Shown one piece after another: positions 63,401 to 64,000 of a stretch of 64,000 nt of DNA. Both the position numbers and the translations under genes were made by a program. A model generated the notes under the pieces. It saw nothing but the letters and a program-made list of their open reading frames with translations, was not told the DNA's origin and did not search any database. The stretch is taken from positions 20,414 to 84,413 of the forward strand of contig CANRHP010000004.1 of NCBI GenBank assembly GCA_947630455.1. The letters run 5' to 3'. The DNA comes from an uncultured Clostridia bacterium. Its GTDB lineage: Bacteria; Bacillota; Clostridia; Christensenellales; CAG-314. Position 1 is the stretch's first letter; every line of letters begins with the position of its first letter.

Positions 63401-64000
63401 TTCCACTGAAGCCAACGCGGCGATATTTGTTGAAGGCGACAGCGAAATAGTGGCCTACATGGCTAAGGAGCATACCTATGCTGCGCGTTTGGAAGGAAAA
63501 TTTGTCAAAACAATAGAGGACGCCGCAAATCAGGCACAAGACGGTCAAACGATAGTGGTAATAGATAATACCGAAATTACGCATAGCTTCACCATTAACA
63601 GCGGCGTCAGCGTGATTGTGCCCTACAACAGCGAAAACAAATTGACAGCAAACGGCGTTGAAAGGGTAAATGCCGGTACGCAGATTTCCTGGTATAGCAC
63701 TAACTATAAGAACGCTTATCTGAAAGTAACCGTGAAGCAAGGTGTTGAGATAATTGTCAACGGCACCCTTGGCGTGGGCGGTATAATCAACTATCAAGGC
63801 TATGGTCAGCCCTACCAAGGACACACCTCCGGAGCTTACTCCGAGCTTGTTATGGAAGAGGGCAGCAGCATTGTCGTAAAGAACGGCGGAGTAATGGACG
63901 TTTACGGCCGCGTTTGGAACGGCAATAATGAATTGGCAAGTGCTCCAACCGGCAGTATAAAGGTGGAAAACGGCGGTGTGCTCAAGCAGCCCTTCCTCAT
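60489..64000 (+). CDS. Giant membrane-anchored surface protein, 3' end beyond the window (more than 1170 codons); absent from the supplied ORF track
   Basis: AAGGAGG 8 nt before ATG 60489. I translated frame 3 by hand to nt 64000 without meeting a stop. N-terminal anchor LLIAVFAVVLVLALGAAVFFSVYLA. Repeated beta-rich modules and B-repeat-like GY.A.W / F.GW segments. Confidence 0.8.
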   Translation, partial: MTHKLHGKTLLIAVFAVVLVLALGAAVFFSVYLASNSAKAEEQLVLDGNTADYSILNDHSNGVNNFWTYSRSNNEWTTGVKRAGASNNGDEAKASVLTLKVTKDGDIAFQWKLSLASSSAVAVRHYTNVPEDGSLETATVEWIYNKGEVDEFSAKKRCFGDEEHYQGKLETDTQKNYQNITVSDCKAGDYVTIAYMCSSNGSSNTYNLKVKGLKVPDTQFTITARVADGQSEFGTIKTEREGEVSQEGVLAAKRGYDESVTFTAVPSEGYVAYWTNADGSKIISSTEEYSVSNIAEGNDGSEFTVNFVELADKESLITMTEQSEDNPYWQLTGEGKYELVDIKETEKGSANYIDEQTLMIEFVGEKYLSFDYSLIKENNLSTGSLLSLRIHVDNTYPDGIINGSLKATGSPDAEGSPLRVNVHIAGEGYHKVRLTAYCGGSSNQHLFGNEKLSVENITLSDEAPTENIVVVYDSRLAELYYKDELVPAQNEGEVVEQQLTVPIGISYKIKLVPRTDVISSIDNVSTTSAKFLSGEANVVPLIGSGPSFSTSYGSGNVEVELGHYVGKNYAFGSSEYPLNEGESQLKVTFTFIEYAPAPIVKVTKQMDSEIEENVPVEDGQIVEFPFLKTNSATVFVQKSEKFSLENYQIKIDGELYSGVEDGTIEGYYVFALNDVSIHSVDVAYVSEEFDCSKGKMSFTVKEVVEGGTLSDIVHTPGLSVTSKVNQKYSTATYKWDFSGPDSEENNYAYGMTVKDRFRENGFAETQYIAANLIFSMTDEVQEEQGCITFQFRLAGHDATDAGGRHLSGKLYYRIGKEFSADDSSKNSFSDATLIARANDANDESSLELGNGVVAGSDGWYKVSIVVHKGEKLYIGFLAYYSGSRAGDAVYGDSSVAIRNVEFITGEKNLKLGLCDETTGSAKATVGEQSYDVAAQGEEQSFTASAGSIINLQATLGSDEIFYGWTVNGILVSTEANAAIFVEGDSEIVAYMAKEHTYAARLEGKFVKTIEDAANQAQDGQTIVVIDNTEITHSFTINSGVSVIVPYNSENKLTANGVERVNAGTQISWYSTNYKNAYLKVTVKQGVEIIVNGTLGVGGIINYQGYGQPYQGHTSGAYSELVMEEGSSIVVKNGGVMDVYGRVWNGNNELASAPTGSIKVENGGVLKQPFL

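Noticed and set aside
1-64000. Search for CRISPR arrays, transposases, integrases, restriction-modification, toxin-antitoxin or other recognisable defence genes
   Set aside because: I found no regularly spaced short direct repeats and no ORF with nuclease, helicase, recombinase or DDE motifs. The only long DNA repeat is the 331-bp flavodoxin duplication.

Overview
This 64-kb window looks like chromosomal DNA from a Gram-positive anaerobe, probably class Clostridia. The taxon call is an inference from gene content: T-box leader, obg-yhbY, ytaF-like sporulation membrane protein, type III glutamine synthetase, and many TTGACA-17 bp-TATAAT promoters. The backbone is housekeeping: ileS (type 2, behind an Ile T-box), RNA methyltransferases and a pseudouridine synthase, nth, obg, yhbY, udk, a stand-alone tRNA-Gln(CUG), dnaB, glnS, a short alaS, GSIII and rplM-rpsI. 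Several accessory modules lie between these genes. (1) A MarR-headed redox/aromatic cluster (21.0-26.3 kb) has three flavodoxin modules. Two of them sit in predicted exported lipoproteins and share a 331-bp near-identical DNA repeat. (2) A LuxE/LuxC pair is followed by a NifU-like plus GGGtGRT pair (32.0-36.2 kb). (3) A lipoprotein is built from about 14 alternating Cys/His modules (36.8-39.5 kb). (4) A 0.7-kb gene-free AT-rich region with a perfect promoter precedes a 1402-aa activase fusion. (5) Two poly-zinc-ribbon proteins. (6) At the right end, a promoter has a G11 tract filling its -35/-10 spacer, mirrored by a C9 tract upstream. It drives an open frame of more than 1170 codons that the ORF track omits because it runs off the window. 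I rank this candidate phase switch as the top lead. I found no CRISPR array, transposase, integrase or recognisable defence genes. All family assignments come from motif recognition by eye, with no database search.
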